A DNA stretch of 64,000 bases from Candidatus Kuenenia stuttgartensis (GCA_945897435.1 CAMDFJ010000005.1:1781-65780); one strand, 5' to 3'. Positions 27,663 to 40,259 are shown, numbered from the stretch's first letter. Numbers and translations: made by a program. Notes: generated from the sequence alone by a model not told the origin.

Positions 27663-29360
27663 TTAGTGATTGAGAATGAACTCGTTCGAATTGAGCACGG
27701 CCCACCAGATATCCTGGAGGGCACCGACGGCGTCTCCTTTGCGGGCAATCATCAGTTCGTTGGCCTTGGCGACCTCCTTGGCGGAGGGCTTGCGGGCAAG
27801 CGCAGCCAGGTAGATCGCGTCGATCTTGCCTGAATTTTTCAGACCGGCCGTGGCGACACGGTCGAGAAAACCACCCTTTCCTGTGCTGGTGGCGACCTTG
27901 ATCAATTCGCCGTTGAACATCATCAACACCTGGGCAATGGAACCGTTGAAGGTCGTCGAGTCGTCACCTTCGTCGGTGCCAAAGGCGATGATGAACTGAC
28001 GCAGCCATTCGTCCTTCTTCTTCGCGGCCCGCTCGCCCCCGACCCTGCTCTCGCCGACCTCGGTCGCCGTCAGGAGAGATTCGTAGAGTTCCTCCGCCCG
28101 CATCTGCCGCAGGTAGAAATGGGAAAATTTCGGCTTCTCACCGAGCGAGGGGTCGTCCCGAAGGTTGCCTTTGGCGGATCGGCTCGAAAGCGAGTAGGGC
28201 TTCGACAAGGCGATCCAGCGAACGAGTTCCTTGAGGTTGAAACTCTGCTCGCGAAACTCGGCTGCGAGGCCGTCGAGCAGTTCGGGATGGGAGGGGATAT
28301 TGTGGTCCCCGAGATCGTCGACGGGCTTGGTGAAGCCGTGGCCGAGAAAGTGGCTCCAGACGCGGTTGACAATCGCCTTGGGCATCATCGGGCTCGCCTT
28401 GATCAGTTGGGCGAGTTCCCGGCGACGATTCACCCCGTAGGCGTTGCCTTCGGCGGTCTTCCCGGGCAGATAGCCGGTCTTGGAAATCTCCGTACCGTCG
28501 ACGAAGACCGGATAGGCGACCTTTTTCAGACCATTTTTCAGGTCGTAGTACAGTTCGGCCTCATTCGGATCGCCCCCCTCCCCCGAGAAGTCCTCGTCGA
28601 CGAGTTCGATCGACTGCACGTCCATCGTCTCCTCGAAACGGCGCAGAGCCCGGGCCTGGCGGAAGAAAGCGTTGAACTCCCAGAATTGGTTCTGCTTGCC
28701 ATTGTTGAAGGGATGGTCGTGGCACTGGGTGCACTGGACGTGCAGTCCGAGGAAGATCTGTGCCGTCTTGGCGGTCGCCTGAACGCCCCCCTCCTCCATC
28801 TTGCCGGTGAGAAAGTTGGTGGCTCCGTTGAAGCCTTCGACGCCCTCCTTGTTGGTATTCGATCCCGTGGCGGTGACGAGTTCCTCCATGAACCTGTCAT
28901 AGGGCAGATTCTTGGAGAAGGCCCGCCGCAACCATTGTCGCATTCCCGGGCGGCTGACCATGTCGTTGTCGACGTCCCTGCCGATCAGCGTCGTCGTCCA
29001 GACGTCGGTCCAATTGCGGGCGTACTCATCGACATACTCGTCGCCCAGCAATCTGTCGACGAGTTCGGCCTTCTTCGTCACCGATGAATCGGAGACGAAG
29101 GCATTCAGTTCCGCAACGGTCGGGATCCGACCGACAACGTCGAGGAACACCCGTCGGCACCATTCGCCGTCGGTGGCATCAGCAGAAGGCTGAAGGCCGG
29201 CATCGGCCCATCCGGCAGCGATCTGCTCGTTGATGAATTTCACCTGCGGAACGCCATAGGAGTCTGACGACTCGGCGGCGACCGCCCTCCCTGCCCAGCA
29301 TCGGGCCGCCATCAGGCCCAATACCACCGCGGCGACGAACCAACCCCGGAGACGGTTCAT
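27663..29360 (-). CDS. DUF1549/DUF1553 domain protein (planctomycete PSD-type)
   Basis: Signal peptide MNRLRGWFVAAVVLGLMAARCWAG. DUF1549-type WCRRVFLDVVGRIPT, CTQCHDHPF motif, and a DUF1553-type C-terminus (IWWAVLNSNEFILNH). The track ORF to 29765 overlaps rplQ, so I trimmed to ATG 29360. Confidence 0.8.
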   Translation of the reverse strand: MNRLRGWFVAAVVLGLMAARCWAGRAVAAESSDSYGVPQVKFINEQIAAGWADAGLQPSADATDGEWCRRVFLDVVGRIPTVAELNAFVSDSSVTKKAELVDRLLGDEYVDEYARNWTDVWTTTLIGRDVDNDMVSRPGMRQWLRRAFSKNLPYDRFMEELVTATGSNTNKEGVEGFNGATNFLTGKMEEGGVQATAKTAQIFLGLHVQCTQCHDHPFNNGKQNQFWEFNAFFRQARALRRFEETMDVQSIELVDEDFSGEGGDPNEAELYYDLKNGLKKVAYPVFVDGTEISKTGYLPGKTAEGNAYGVNRRRELAQLIKASPMMPKAIVNRVWSHFLGHGFTKPVDDLGDHNIPSHPELLDGLAAEFREQSFNLKELVRWIALSKPYSLSSRSAKGNLRDDPSLGEKPKFSHFYLRQMRAEELYESLLTATEVGESRVGGERAAKKKDEWLRQFIIAFGTDEGDDSTTFNGSIAQVLMMFNGELIKVATSTGKGGFLDRVATAGLKNSGKIDAIYLAALARKPSAKEVAKANELMIARKGDAVGALQDIWWAVLNSNEFILNH

Positions 29361-29473
29361 GGGCAGATCCAATCCAACGGCAGAAGTAGCGGAGGGCCTG
29401 CTGACGTGCCCCGATCGCCTGCTGAATTCTATCCCTGCCGGAATCCGCCAACAAATCCTCTTCCGGCCGGCGT

Positions 29474-30070
29474 TCAGGACCTGGCCCGAGACGCCTTCGG
29501 CGGCCTGGCGGCCTGGACCTTGGGAGCGGAACCGATTTCGGACCGCCCCTCGCTGCCCACGAACTCGAGAACTGCCCGGGGGCCGGCGTCGCCGAGGCGG
29601 GGAGTCGCGAGTTTCAGGATCCTGGTGTAGCCACCGGGACGGTCGACGAATCGAGGAGCGATCTTTTCGAATACGATCCGGGCAGCCTGCTTGTCGCCAA
29701 GCAGCGTCACGACACGCCGGCGGGCCGTCACGGCCGGGGCCGATGCGGCAGCCCACTTTTGCCACTCCTCACTCGACCGCCATCTCTTCCACTCGGCGGA
29801 ATCACGATCTGCCGAGGTCGCAAAGTCCTTGGCCCTGCCCGAGGCGATCAGCCCCCGCTTGGCGATCGTGATGCATCGTTCCACGAGCGGACGCACCTCT
29901 TTGGCCTTGGCGACCGTGGTGATGATCCGGCCCGGCACCGCCGGAGCCCCGACCTCATCCACCTCGACATCCCGCTCCGTCAGCATCAGAGCGGCTGCGA
30001 GGTTCCGAAGCAACGCTCTCTGGTGTGACGGGCTACGGCCGAGAACACGTCCTTTGCGACGGTGGCGCAT
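29474..30070 (-). CDS. rplQ: 50S ribosomal protein L17 (expanded, 198 aa)
   Basis: MRHRRKGRVLGRSPSHQRALLRNLA...GGYTRILK. Last gene of the alpha operon, after rpoA. Confidence 0.93.
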   Translation of the reverse strand: MRHRRKGRVLGRSPSHQRALLRNLAAALMLTERDVEVDEVGAPAVPGRIITTVAKAKEVRPLVERCITIAKRGLIASGRAKDFATSADRDSAEWKRWRSSEEWQKWAAASAPAVTARRRVVTLLGDKQAARIVFEKIAPRFVDRPGGYTRILKLATPRLGDAGPRAVLEFVGSEGRSEIGSAPKVQAARPPKASRARS

Positions 30071-30130
30071 CGTTCAATTCCTTCGTTCTTTCGTGATTGG
30101 GTCTGCGATCTGGATTCTGGCGAAAGCGGC

Positions 30131-31123
30131 TCAGGCGTCGGCCGTGGACGGAACCGGCATGCCGAGTTTGAGACCACCGATTTCCTCGAGTTTCGCCTCG
30201 ATTTCCTGAAGCGTCGTCTCGCCGAAATTGCGAACCTCGAGCAGCTCTTCACGGCTGCGGGAAACCAGTTCCCGAACTGTGGCGATCCCTTCCGCCTCAA
30301 GGCAGTTGGCTGCACGAAGGGAGAGTTTCAGGTCGGAGACGACCATTCCCAGGAGACCTTCCAGAGAAGGCTGCAGCCGGGCCAGATCGGCGACCGAAGG
30401 CTGATTGACCGCCGCACCAGGCTTGCCATAGCCCACGAACGGATTGAGGTGCTTCCGGAGGATCTTGGCCGCCTCGACAAGGGCCATTTCCGGAGTCACG
30501 GTCCCATCAGTCCAGATCTCCATCGTCAACTTGTCGTAGTTCGTCTTCTGACCGACGCGGGTCTCCTCGACCTCGTACCGCACCCGGGTCACGGGGCTGA
30601 ACACGGCGTCGACGGGAATGATCCCGATTTCCTGAGCTTCGGGGGTGTGCTCGCTGGCTGGTACATAGCCGCGGCCGTTTTCAACGACCATCTCCAGCTC
30701 GAACGGCACGTCGTCGGTGAGCGTGGCCAGAACGAGATCCTTGTTGACCACCTCGACGGCATCGTCGGTCTGGATGTCGGCACCGGTAATCGGGCCACGG
30801 CTGCTCTTTTCAACCCGGATCACACGGGTCGATTCACTATGGTTTTTGACCACGAGGCTCTTCACCGCCAGCACGATGTCGGTCACATCCTCGAGCACGC
30901 CCTTGATGGTCGTGAACTCGTGCAAAGCCCCGCCCACCTTGATCTGGGTGACGGCACTCCCTTCGAGGCTCGACAACAGCACCCGACGCAGGCTGTTTCC
31001 CACGGTGGTGCCAAAACCCCGTTCAAAGGGCTCGGCCACGAACTTTCCGTAGGTGCTCGAAAGCGTTTTTGAATCAGAGATGACGGAACTTGGCAGTTCC
31101 AGGCCGCGCCAACGGATGTGCAT
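30131..31123 (-). CDS. rpoA: DNA-directed RNA polymerase subunit alpha
   Basis: 330 aa: [28 protein letters not shown] and a C-terminal domain [21 protein letters not shown]. Confidence 0.96.
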   Translation of the reverse strand: MHIRWRGLELPSSVISDSKTLSSTYGKFVAEPFERGFGTTVGNSLRRVLLSSLEGSAVTQIKVGGALHEFTTIKGVLEDVTDIVLAVKSLVVKNHSESTRVIRVEKSSRGPITGADIQTDDAVEVVNKDLVLATLTDDVPFELEMVVENGRGYVPASEHTPEAQEIGIIPVDAVFSPVTRVRYEVEETRVGQKTNYDKLTMEIWTDGTVTPEMALVEAAKILRKHLNPFVGYGKPGAAVNQPSVADLARLQPSLEGLLGMVVSDLKLSLRAANCLEAEGIATVRELVSRSREELLEVRNFGETTLQEIEAKLEEIGGLKLGMPVPSTADA

Positions 31124-31236
31124 TCGAAACTCCTTGTCGTGTCGTGCAGTGTGTCTTGCAGATTACCTTGCAGATTGTCTGCCCTGGGTGCCTCGGGAGG
31201 GGCGACGACCGCCACCCGACGGTGCACTGAAACCGC

Positions 31237-31863
31237 CTACTTGGAACAGAGCTCGATGATCAGGTTTGCCTGAACCGGAATGGATACGTCCTCTGCGGAC
31301 GGAAGTCGGTCAACCCTACCCTCCGGGATCGGGCCGTCCACGCGGGTCAGGAAATCAGGAACATCGCGGCGGGAATCGGAAAGTGCCGAGTGGACGAGTT
31401 GCAGGCTCTTCGCCCGGTTCTTCACACGAATCAGATCTCCCGCCTTGACGAGATAGCTCGGCACGTCCAACCGACGACCATTGACGGTGATGTGGCCGTG
31501 CATCACAGCCTGCCTGGCCGCGGATCTGGATGTGGCAAAGCCCATCCGGTGGACCACGTTGTCAAGCCGCCGCTCCAGCAGCGACATCAGCGTTTCGCCG
31601 GTGTTTCCCGTGCCCCGTTCGGCCCGCGAAAAGTAGGTGCGGAACTGTCGCTCAAGAACGCCATAGTAGTGCTTGACCTTCTGCTTCTCGCGAAGCCGGA
31701 GGCCGTAGTCGGTCGGCTTGCTGCGACGCTTCTGCACCACGCCAGGCGGGCTCGCCCGCCGCTCGAAGGCACACTTCGGCGTATCGCAGCGATTGCCCTT
31801 GAGAAACAGTTTGAGTCCGTCGCGGCGACAGAGCCGGCAGACAGGTCCTGTGATGCGTCCCAT
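31237..31863 (-). CDS. rpsD: 30S ribosomal protein S4
   Basis: MGRITGPVCRLCRRDGLKLFLKGNRC... and the S4 RNA-binding domain RLDNVVHRMGFATSRSAARQ. Confidence 0.96.
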   Translation of the reverse strand: MGRITGPVCRLCRRDGLKLFLKGNRCDTPKCAFERRASPPGVVQKRRSKPTDYGLRLREKQKVKHYYGVLERQFRTYFSRAERGTGNTGETLMSLLERRLDNVVHRMGFATSRSAARQAVMHGHITVNGRRLDVPSYLVKAGDLIRVKNRAKSLQLVHSALSDSRRDVPDFLTRVDGPIPEGRVDRLPSAEDVSIPVQANLIIELCSK

Positions 31864-31973
31864 GATCCCTCTTTAAGATCTTTCGATGATTCTTCGATTG
31901 ACTCGCAAATGACTCTCAAAAACCGACAGACGACCAGCCCGTTGCCCCGGGGCTCGAGGGCAACAGCGACCGG

Positions 31974-32351
31974 TCAGACCCGCCTCTTCTTCGGCGGCCG
32001 GCAGCCGTTGTGCGGCAGCGGAGTGATATCCTCGATGCTCTTGACGTTCATCCCGGCGGCCTGAAGCGCCGTGATCGCGCTCTCGCGACCGCTCCCGGGA
32101 CCACGAACACGCACCTCGAGTTCCTTGACACCATACTTCGCGGCCTTTTCGGCAGCCTGCTGGGCGGCACACTGCCCCGCGAACGGAGTGCCCTTCCGAC
32201 TGCCCTTGAAACCACAGGTGCCACCGCTCGCCCAGCAGAGCGTATCTCCCTTGGTGTCGGTGATGGTGACGGTCGTATTGTTGAAACTCGCCGTGATAAA
32301 GGCGATTCCGGCCGAAACGCTCTTCTTTTTTGCCTTCGCAACCTTAGACAT
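31974..32351 (-). CDS. rpsK: 30S ribosomal protein S11
   Basis: [30 protein letters not shown]...[18 protein letters not shown]. Confidence 0.97.
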   Translation of the reverse strand: MSKVAKAKKKSVSAGIAFITASFNNTTVTITDTKGDTLCWASGGTCGFKGSRKGTPFAGQCAAQQAAEKAAKYGVKELEVRVRGPGSGRESAITALQAAGMNVKSIEDITPLPHNGCRPPKKRRV

Positions 32352-32458
32352 GAATCTGCTTGTGTCCCTTGCCTGATGTCGTGTGGATGTTGTTTCGCGG
32401 CTGATTCCCCGGGACCACCGACAGGTCGCGACGAATCACAGAAATCGATTCCCTGAAA

Positions 32459-32842
32459 TTACTTGAGATCCTTGACGCCCTTCTTCCCGGCCACCGTTTT
32501 CTTCGGCCCCTTGCGAGTGCGGGCATTGGTTCGGGTTCGCTGTCCCCGCACCGGCAAACCGCGGCGATGCCGCACACCCCGATAACTGCCGATGTCCTTC
32601 AATCGCGAGATGTTTTGCGAGACCTGCCGCCTCAGTTGCCCCTCGACCACGTAGTCCTTGTCCATGAGGGCCGCCAGTCGGGCCAGCTCATCCTCGTGCA
32701 GATTGCGGGCGATTCCCTCCGGATCGACACCGGCCTTGTGGCACAGTTCCCGCGCCACCCGCTGGCCAACGCCGTAGAGGTACTGCAACGAGTAGATCGT
32801 CTTCTTTTCGGAGGGGATGTCGACGCCGAGCAGACGGGGCAT
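32459..32842 (-). CDS. rpsM: 30S ribosomal protein S13
   Basis: MPRLLGVDIPSEKKTIYSLQYLYGVG...GLPVRGQRTRTNARTRKG. Confidence 0.97.
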   Translation of the reverse strand: MPRLLGVDIPSEKKTIYSLQYLYGVGQRVARELCHKAGVDPEGIARNLHEDELARLAALMDKDYVVEGQLRRQVSQNISRLKDIGSYRGVRHRRGLPVRGQRTRTNARTRKGPKKTVAGKKGVKDLK

Positions 32843-33060
32843 AAAAGTATTCCGATATGGACTGTGAATCCTGACGGGCTGCGAATCGTGTGCGTGTCGG
32901 GCATACGGGCGGCACGGGCTGCGTCAGGAGTTCCTGATCGAAGCCCTGCCCAACTTCCCGCCGGCTCGCCGCAGGCGCTGAAATCGGTGCGGCCCAAGGA
33001 CACCGCAACCTTTCAGGGCTGATCGGGCCGGACCGCGGGATGCCGAACCTCTCCCCACCC

Positions 33061-33174
33061 TCACCCCTGTCGCTGCTTGTGGCGGGGATCGGCGCAGACG
33101 ACAAACACGACGCCGCGGCGTCGAACGATCTTGCACTTCTCACACATGCGGCGGACGCTGGCGCGAACCTTCAT
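33061..33174 (-). CDS. rpmJ: 50S ribosomal protein L36 (zinc type)
   Basis: The last 37 codons of track ORF 33061..33510 read [40 protein letters not shown] 33174 checked. Confidence 0.92.
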   Translation of the reverse strand: MKVRASVRRMCEKCKIVRRRGVVFVVCADPRHKQRQG

Positions 33175-33328
33175 ACTCAAGCTCGTGGCGGCGACCGACC
33201 ACGCCTTCGGCGGAAACAGGGGGTCAAATGGGAAGTTTCGCAGTATAGGGACGCCGGGGAGGCGTTCACAAGGGGGTGCATTGTGACCGCCGTTTTTTGA
33301 GGAAAACAGGCCACCCCCTGCAGTGAAT

Positions 33329-34129
33329 CTAGGCGGCGGAGCCGATCGACTCGCCTCCCGCCGGTGCGGCAGTGAGCACCACGGGCCCATTCTCGGTGAC
33401 GGCGATCGTGTGCTCGAAATGGGCGCTCGGCTGGCCGTCGATCGTGGACTGCGTCCAGTGATCTGCCAGCAGCCGCACCTTTTTCGAACCCATGTTGACC
33501 ATCGGCTCAACTGCGATCACCAGTCCTGGCTCGAGATCAAAGTCGTGGTTTCGGCGAAATGCCGGCGTGCAGAAGTTCGGGACCTGGGGATCTTCGTGCA
33601 TCTTGCGGCCGATTCCGTGGCCGACGAAGTTCTCGACGACGGAAAACCCGTGGTCGCGGACATATTTCGCCATTTCGGTGGCCACATCGCTCCAGCGGCT
33701 GCGAACCCCCATCAGGGTGATCGCCAGGGCGAGGGCCCCCGAGGTGCAGTCGAGCAGCCTCTGCACCTCGGCCTCGATCGGCCCAACCGCATAGGTGACG
33801 GCCGAATCTCCACACCAGCCATCGACGCTGCAGCCGGTGTCGATGCTGACAACGTCCCCGACGCGAAGAATCCTCGGCCCAGGAATGCCGTGCACGACCT
33901 CGTCGTTCACCGACATGCAGCAGACTGCAGGAAACGGAACCTTGCCTGGCACGCCCTTGAAGAGCGGAACAGCCCCCTGCTCAAGGAAATACTTTTCGAC
34001 AGCCAGGTCGATTTCCGCCGTGGAAATGCCGGGCCGGACGAGTGACCCGGCGAGCTGATGGGCACCCCAGACCACAAGGCCCGCGCGGCGCATCGCCGCA
34101 ATCTCACGCGCTGAACGAAGATTGACCAC
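33329..34129 (-). CDS. map: Type I methionine aminopeptidase
   Basis: [56 protein letters not shown] start. Confidence 0.93.
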   Translation of the reverse strand: MVNLRSAREIAAMRRAGLVVWGAHQLAGSLVRPGISTAEIDLAVEKYFLEQGAVPLFKGVPGKVPFPAVCCMSVNDEVVHGIPGPRILRVGDVVSIDTGCSVDGWCGDSAVTYAVGPIEAEVQRLLDCTSGALALAITLMGVRSRWSDVATEMAKYVRDHGFSVVENFVGHGIGRKMHEDPQVPNFCTPAFRRNHDFDLEPGLVIAVEPMVNMGSKKVRLLADHWTQSTIDGQPSAHFEHTIAVTENGPVVLTAAPAGGESIGSAA

Positions 34130-34195
34130 GACATCTCCATGGGCTGCCTGACGCCGACCAATAGAGCGGAGTATACAGGCCTTGAATCGCCCGCT

Positions 34196-34768
34196 CTAGC
34201 GATGCGTTCCGCGGGAGAACGTCCGCAGGGCGGCCTTGATTCGCTCGAAGATTTCGTCGGCCGTTCCCAAGCCGTCGATGCTGGCGAGTTTGCCCTGGCG
34301 GGTGTAGTAGTCGAGCAGCGGGGCCGTCTGCAGTTCAAAGCTGATGATCCGGTTCGAAAAGATCTCCGGGTTGTCGTCGGCACGCTTCCTGGCGATCATC
34401 CGGCGGACGAGTTCGTCGCGGGGAACCGCCAGTTCGATCACGCCATCGACGCTCATCGCCTGCCGTTCGAGCAGGTCATCGAGCGTCGCCGCCTGGGGCA
34501 GCGTTCGAGGAAATCCGTCGAGCAGGCAACCGCTGCGGCAATCCTCGGCCGCGAGCCTCTTGGTCACCATGCCGACGATGATCTGATCCGGCACAAGTTG
34601 CCCTTGGGCGATGTAGTCCGCCGCCAGAAGGCCCTCGGGGGTGCCTGCCCGGACCGCTGCCCGGAGCATCTCGCCAGTCGACAGGTGCGGGACGTGCAGA
34701 TGCTCAACAAGCCGCTGGCACTGGGTGCCTTTTCCAGCTCCTGGTGGCCCGATGAGGATGATCCGCAT
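34196..34768 (-). CDS. adk: Adenylate kinase (short-lid form)
   Basis: MRIILIGPPGAGKGTQCQ...LLDGFPRT. 190 aa with no Cys4 lid. Confidence 0.95.
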   Translation of the reverse strand: MRIILIGPPGAGKGTQCQRLVEHLHVPHLSTGEMLRAAVRAGTPEGLLAADYIAQGQLVPDQIIVGMVTKRLAAEDCRSGCLLDGFPRTLPQAATLDDLLERQAMSVDGVIELAVPRDELVRRMIARKRADDNPEIFSNRIISFELQTAPLLDYYTRQGKLASIDGLGTADEIFERIKAALRTFSRGTHR

Positions 34769-34854
34769 GAAACGTCCACATCACGTTACGACACGGGAAC
34801 CAGGCGGCGGATCGCGACGGACTGCCAAAAGGGGAAGGGCAGAAAGCAGGGCCG

Positions 34855-36216
<1,362 letters not shown>

Positions 36217-36366
36217 GTGATCCGCTCCCTCTGATGCCCGGCAGGCCGAATACCAATGCCGGCCATGAATCCTGGTTGACCGACCTCCTGATGACCGACG
36301 GGAACCGGAGAACCCGGATTCGGCGGCACCGATTGTCTGGTGACAGCCTACCGCTCCGCCGGGCTG

Positions 36367-36882
36367 CTACCCAGTCGTCTTTCCAGACGCCTTTTTCCGC
36401 GGGGACTTTTTCGTTCCCTTGACCACCGGTGCCGCCCCTGGAAGCTCTGTCACCGTGCCCCCTGCTGCCAGGATCTTTTCCCGGGCCTGGCCACTGAAAC
36501 GGTGGGCCGACACCTTGAGCGGCTTGCCGAGCGTTCCGTCGCCGAGGATCTTGAGCACGTGCCAGATGCCCTTGGCCAAACCGGCCGCCTTGAGGGTTTC
36601 CGGGTTCACCTCGGCGTTTGCCGGGAAGCATGCCTCGAGGTCGTCAACGTTCACACCGGCCACGATCAGACCGTGACTGTTGTGGAATCCTCGCTTCGGA
36701 ATCTGGCGGATGATCGGCATCCTGCCACCCTCGAAGATCGCGGGAGACGACCAACCGGCAAGCTGGCCCTGCCCCTTGTTGCCGCGGCCGGCGGTGCGAC
36801 CCCTGCCAGATCCCGGGCCGCGGCCCACGCGAAGCCGCTTGCGGTTTTTGTTGATTCCGCGATTGACGTCACTGATCTTCAT
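36367..36882 (-). CDS. rplO: 50S ribosomal protein L15
   Basis: MKISDVNRGINKNRKRLRVGRGPGSGRGRTAGRGNKGQ. The track ORF to 37011 overlaps rpsE, so I trimmed to ATG 36882. Confidence 0.93.
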   Translation of the reverse strand: MKISDVNRGINKNRKRLRVGRGPGSGRGRTAGRGNKGQGQLAGWSSPAIFEGGRMPIIRQIPKRGFHNSHGLIVAGVNVDDLEACFPANAEVNPETLKAAGLAKGIWHVLKILGDGTLGKPLKVSAHRFSGQAREKILAAGGTVTELPGAAPVVKGTKKSPRKKASGKTTG

Positions 36883-36973
36883 CTGCTGGGTTCCTTGGAC
36901 TGCGGTCCGGTGATTGCACCGGAATGAATGTTGTCTTCTGAGGAGATCGAACTCGGGACGATGACGGCTCGCG

Positions 36974-37507
36974 TCAGGACAATGAAACGCCCCGAAGCCG
37001 CTCCACCTCACTCCGTGTTCGGAGCTGCTTGAGCGCTACAAGCGCGGCCTTCACGAGATTCACAGGATTCGTCGATCCGTGAGCCTTGGTGAGGACGTCG
37101 CGGATGCCTGCCGACTCACAGACCGCCCGGACGGCGGCCCCAGCGATGATTCCGGTTCCGGGGCTGGCCGGCAGCAGGATCACCTTCGCCGTGCCACTGA
37201 CGCCCTCGACCCGGTGCGGGATCGTGCCCGACTCAACCGGAACCTCGATCAGGTTTTTCATGCCGTCCTTGATCGCCTTCTCGACCGCCGGTGGTACCTC
37301 GTTGGCCTTGGCATACCCGCAGCCGACCTTGCCCCGACCGTTGCCGACCACGACGAGTCCGGCGAAGCTGAACCTGCGGCCACCCTTGACCACAGTGGCA
37401 CAGCGACGGACCTTGACGACCTTCTCGGCAAACTCGCCGCCGGCGCCGCGATCACCACCGCGCGAGTCTCTCGAATCCCTGTTCGTTCCGGTCGACACTG
37501 TTGGCAA
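36974..37507 (-). CDS. rpsE: 30S ribosomal protein S5
   Basis: EKVVKVRRCATVVKGGRRFSFAGLVVVGNGRGKVGCGYAKANEV. TTG/GTG start, with no ATG available. Confidence 0.94.
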   Translation of the reverse strand: MPTVSTGTNRDSRDSRGGDRGAGGEFAEKVVKVRRCATVVKGGRRFSFAGLVVVGNGRGKVGCGYAKANEVPPAVEKAIKDGMKNLIEVPVESGTIPHRVEGVSGTAKVILLPASPGTGIIAGAAVRAVCESAGIRDVLTKAHGSTNPVNLVKAALVALKQLRTRSEVERLRGVSLS

Positions 37508-37535
37508 TCTCCAGAGAAAAGTCCGTCAGATACCT

Positions 37536-37904
37536 TTAGAATTCCAGGCCCGCCGCGCGGGCTGCGTCGGCGAGGGCGGCCACACGGCCGTGATAACGAA
37601 ACTCACCGCGGTCGAAGCAGACCTTGGTGACACCGGCTGCCCGGGCCCGATCCGCGACCGCTTTTCCAATCGCCTCGGCGGCCTGCTTGTTGCCACCGAA
37701 GGAGACGCCGTCGCGAATCTGCTTGTCCATCGAACTGGCCGAGGCGAGGGTACGGCCCGAGGCATCGTCAATAACCTGGGCGTAGATGTGCTTGTGGGTG
37801 CGAAACACCGAGAGCCTCGGCCGCTCGGCCGTGCCACGGATGTGCCGACGGACACGGTTTCTCCGTCGGGTTCGCTGCCTGAGAATCGTGCGTGAATGAT
37901 CCAT
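37536..37904 (-). CDS. rplR: 50S ribosomal protein L18
   Basis: [20 protein letters not shown]...[20 protein letters not shown]. Confidence 0.96.
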   Translation of the reverse strand: MDHSRTILRQRTRRRNRVRRHIRGTAERPRLSVFRTHKHIYAQVIDDASGRTLASASSMDKQIRDGVSFGGNKQAAEAIGKAVADRARAAGVTKVCFDRGEFRYHGRVAALADAARAAGLEF

Positions 37905-37925
37905 GAAATTGCCCTGTTCGTCCTG

Positions 37926-38471
37926 TTACTTCGTGACCGCTTTGCCGGCCTTGCGGCGGACCTGCTCGTTCTCGTAGCGGATGCCCTTGCCCTTGTAGGG
38001 TTCCGGCTTCCGCAGCGACCGCACTTCAGCGGCGAACTGCCCGACGAGTTGCTTGTCGATCCCCTTGATGACGACGTGCGTCTGATCGGGGCATGTCACC
38101 GTCAGACCGGCCGGAATCGGCACCTGCAATTCGTTGGCAAATCCGACGCGAAGCTGAAGCGTGTTCTTCTGGATCGCGGCGATGTAGCCGACGCCGACGA
38201 TCTCGAGTTTCTTTTCGTAGCCCTTGGTGACGCCTTCGACCATGTTGGCCGTGAGCGCCCGGGTGAGACCGTGCACCGACCGAGCAATCCGGTTGTCGTC
38301 GGCGCGATTGACCTGAAGCCGCCCTGCGGCCTGGTCGAGTTCGATCGACACGGAGGGGTGCAGCCGCTGCTCCAGCTTGCCGAGCGGACCCTCCACCTTG
38401 AGCGTGCCGGATTCAACGGCCACCTTCACGCCCTTGGGAATCTCTACTGGTGACTTGCCGATACGCGACAT
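37926..38471 (-). CDS. rplF: 50S ribosomal protein L6
   Basis: MSRIGKSPVEIPKGVKV...KPEPYKGKGIRYENE. Confidence 0.96.
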   Translation of the reverse strand: MSRIGKSPVEIPKGVKVAVESGTLKVEGPLGKLEQRLHPSVSIELDQAAGRLQVNRADDNRIARSVHGLTRALTANMVEGVTKGYEKKLEIVGVGYIAAIQKNTLQLRVGFANELQVPIPAGLTVTCPDQTHVVIKGIDKQLVGQFAAEVRSLRKPEPYKGKGIRYENEQVRRKAGKAVTK

Positions 38472-38540
38472 TGATCCGTGACCTTTCTCGTGACTTTTCC
38501 CGACGTTTCGTCCGCAAACCTGCCCGTTTTCCGATCCACA

Positions 38541-38936
38541 TCACCAGAGTTCGCAAAGCACTTCGCCGCCGAGTTTCCGCTGCCTTGCCTCGCGATCGCT
38601 GACAACTCCACTGGACGTCGAAAGGATCGAGATTCCGAGGCCGCCGAGAATCGGACGCAGCCGCACGGAGCGGCTGTAGACCCGTCGTCCGGGCGAACTC
38701 ACCCGCTTGATGTGTCGGATCAGTCGCTCGCCGTTGGGGCCGTACTTCAATTCGAGTTGCAGCTTTGCGACCGGCTCCGCCTCCACCTCACGCCAGTCCC
38801 AGATAAAGCCCTCGCGCTTGAGCACGTCGGCCACGCCACGCTTCACCTTCGAACTCGGAACCTCCACGGTGGCGCGTTCGACGCGCACCGCGTTGCGGAT
38901 GCGGGTGAGCATGTCGGCGATGGGGTCGGTCATCAT
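38541..38936 (-). CDS. rpsH: 30S ribosomal protein S8
   Basis: MMTDPIADMLTRIRNA...GGEVLCELW. The track ORF to 39299 runs through rpsN, so I trimmed to the ATG-ATG at 38936/38933. Confidence 0.94.
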   Translation of the reverse strand: MMTDPIADMLTRIRNAVRVERATVEVPSSKVKRGVADVLKREGFIWDWREVEAEPVAKLQLELKYGPNGERLIRHIKRVSSPGRRVYSRSVRLRPILGGLGISILSTSSGVVSDREARQRKLGGEVLCELW

Positions 38937-38977
38937 GTCAAAAGAACCCTTCTGAAGAACCTTGTAAAACCTGTTCC

Positions 38978-39163
38978 CTACCAGCTGGCCTTGCGAACGC
39001 CCGGAATACAGCCCTGATCGGCGAGTTTCCGAAAACAGATACGGCAGGTGCCGAACTTCCGATACACCGCACGCGGGCGGCCGCAGAGCATGCAGCGGTG
39101 CACCTTGCGCGTGGAGAATTTTGGCGGTCGCTTGGCGGCGGCGATTTTCGACTTGCTTGCCAT
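38978..39163 (-). CDS. rpsN: 30S ribosomal protein S14, zinc-binding type Z
   Basis: 61 aa with CMLCGRP...CRIC. Confidence 0.95.
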   Translation of the reverse strand: MASKSKIAAAKRPPKFSTRKVHRCMLCGRPRAVYRKFGTCRICFRKLADQGCIPGVRKASW

Positions 39164-39222
39164 ACGTTGTTCCAGTGCCGGCGGCCGCTTCGGCCGCGTG
39201 AGCTTCTCTCGTCCCCGTGCCG

Positions 39223-39837
39223 CTACGCCGCGGCACCACCATCTTCGTCGTCCTTCTTGAGCGGTACACCCATCGCACGGAGGAATTCCCGCGCCTCATC
39301 GTCGGTGCGGGCCGTCGTCACGAGGGTGATGTTCATTCCCTGCGGCCGGGTGAACTTGTCGGGATTGATCTCCGGAAACACCATCTGCTCCGACAGACCG
39401 AGGCTGTAGTTGCCATGGCCGTCAAATGCCGTGCTGGAAAGTCCGCGGAAATCGCGAACCCGCGGCAGTGCGAGCGAGACGAGCCGGTCGAGGAACTCGT
39501 ACATCCGCCGTCCGCGAAGCGTGACCTTGCAGCCGATCGGCAGATTCTCGCGGAGCTTGAATCCCGAGACGGCCGCCTTCGAGAGGGTTGCAATTGGCTT
39601 TTGGCCCGTCACCTGAGTGAGGGCATTGAGCGCCTCCTCGAGGTACTTCTTCTCGGAGACAGCCACGCCGACACCCATGTTCACGACGATCTTGACGAGC
39701 TTCGGGATCGCGTGCGGATTGGTCCGCGAAAGCGACTTCCCGAGGGCTGGACGGACCGTGTTTGTGTAGTACTCGAGCAACCGCGGCGTACCGGCTGGGC
39801 CGGAGGCGACTGGAGCTGCTTTCGATTTTTTCGCCAT
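39223..39837 (-). CDS. rplE: 50S ribosomal protein L5
   Basis: [44 protein letters not shown]. Confidence 0.96.
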   Translation of the reverse strand: MAKKSKAAPVASGPAGTPRLLEYYTNTVRPALGKSLSRTNPHAIPKLVKIVVNMGVGVAVSEKKYLEEALNALTQVTGQKPIATLSKAAVSGFKLRENLPIGCKVTLRGRRMYEFLDRLVSLALPRVRDFRGLSSTAFDGHGNYSLGLSEQMVFPEINPDKFTRPQGMNITLVTTARTDDEAREFLRAMGVPLKKDDEDGGAAA

Positions 39838-39905
39838 GACCTTGTTCCTTGACCCTGTCCTTCAACCAGGCTGTTCGATTGTCCGGGGCCAATTCCCCTT
39901 GTTGT

Positions 39906-40259
39906 TTACTTCTTGACCGCCGCCCCGGCGGCCTTGGGACGCTTGAGCGTGCCGAGATCCGCACCGCACTTCCTGCACACCCGCACCCGGCCACCATCCT
40001 CGGCAACCCTGACGCCGAGCCGGGAGGCCTTGTCGCATCCGCTGCAGACGAGAAGAACGTTGGAGGCGTCGATCGGCATCTCTTTGCTCAGCCGTCCGCC
40101 CTGCTGGTTCTTCTGGCTTCGCTTCACGTGCCGGTAGACGCGGTTGACGCCCTCGACCACGATCTTCCCATCCGACGGCCGCACGGAAAGCACCTTGGCA
40201 CGGGTGCCTTTGGCGTTGCCGGTTTTCACCTCGACGAGATCACCCGATCGGATGAGCAT
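39906..40259 (-). CDS. rplX: 50S ribosomal protein L24
   Basis: [18 protein letters not shown] with the KOW motif. ATG 40259 shares one base with the rplN stop, and the track lists GTG 40262. Confidence 0.94.
   Translation of the reverse strand: MLIRSGDLVEVKTGNAKGTRAKVLSVRPSDGKIVVEGVNRVYRHVKRSQKNQQGGRLSKEMPIDASNVLLVCSGCDKASRLGVRVAEDGGRVRVCRKCGADLGTLKRPKAAGAAVKK

Noticed and set aside
29361-29765. N-terminal 135-codon extension of the DUF1553 track ORF
   Set aside because: It overlaps rplQ and is Arg/Pro-rich. A clean signal peptide begins at ATG 29360.
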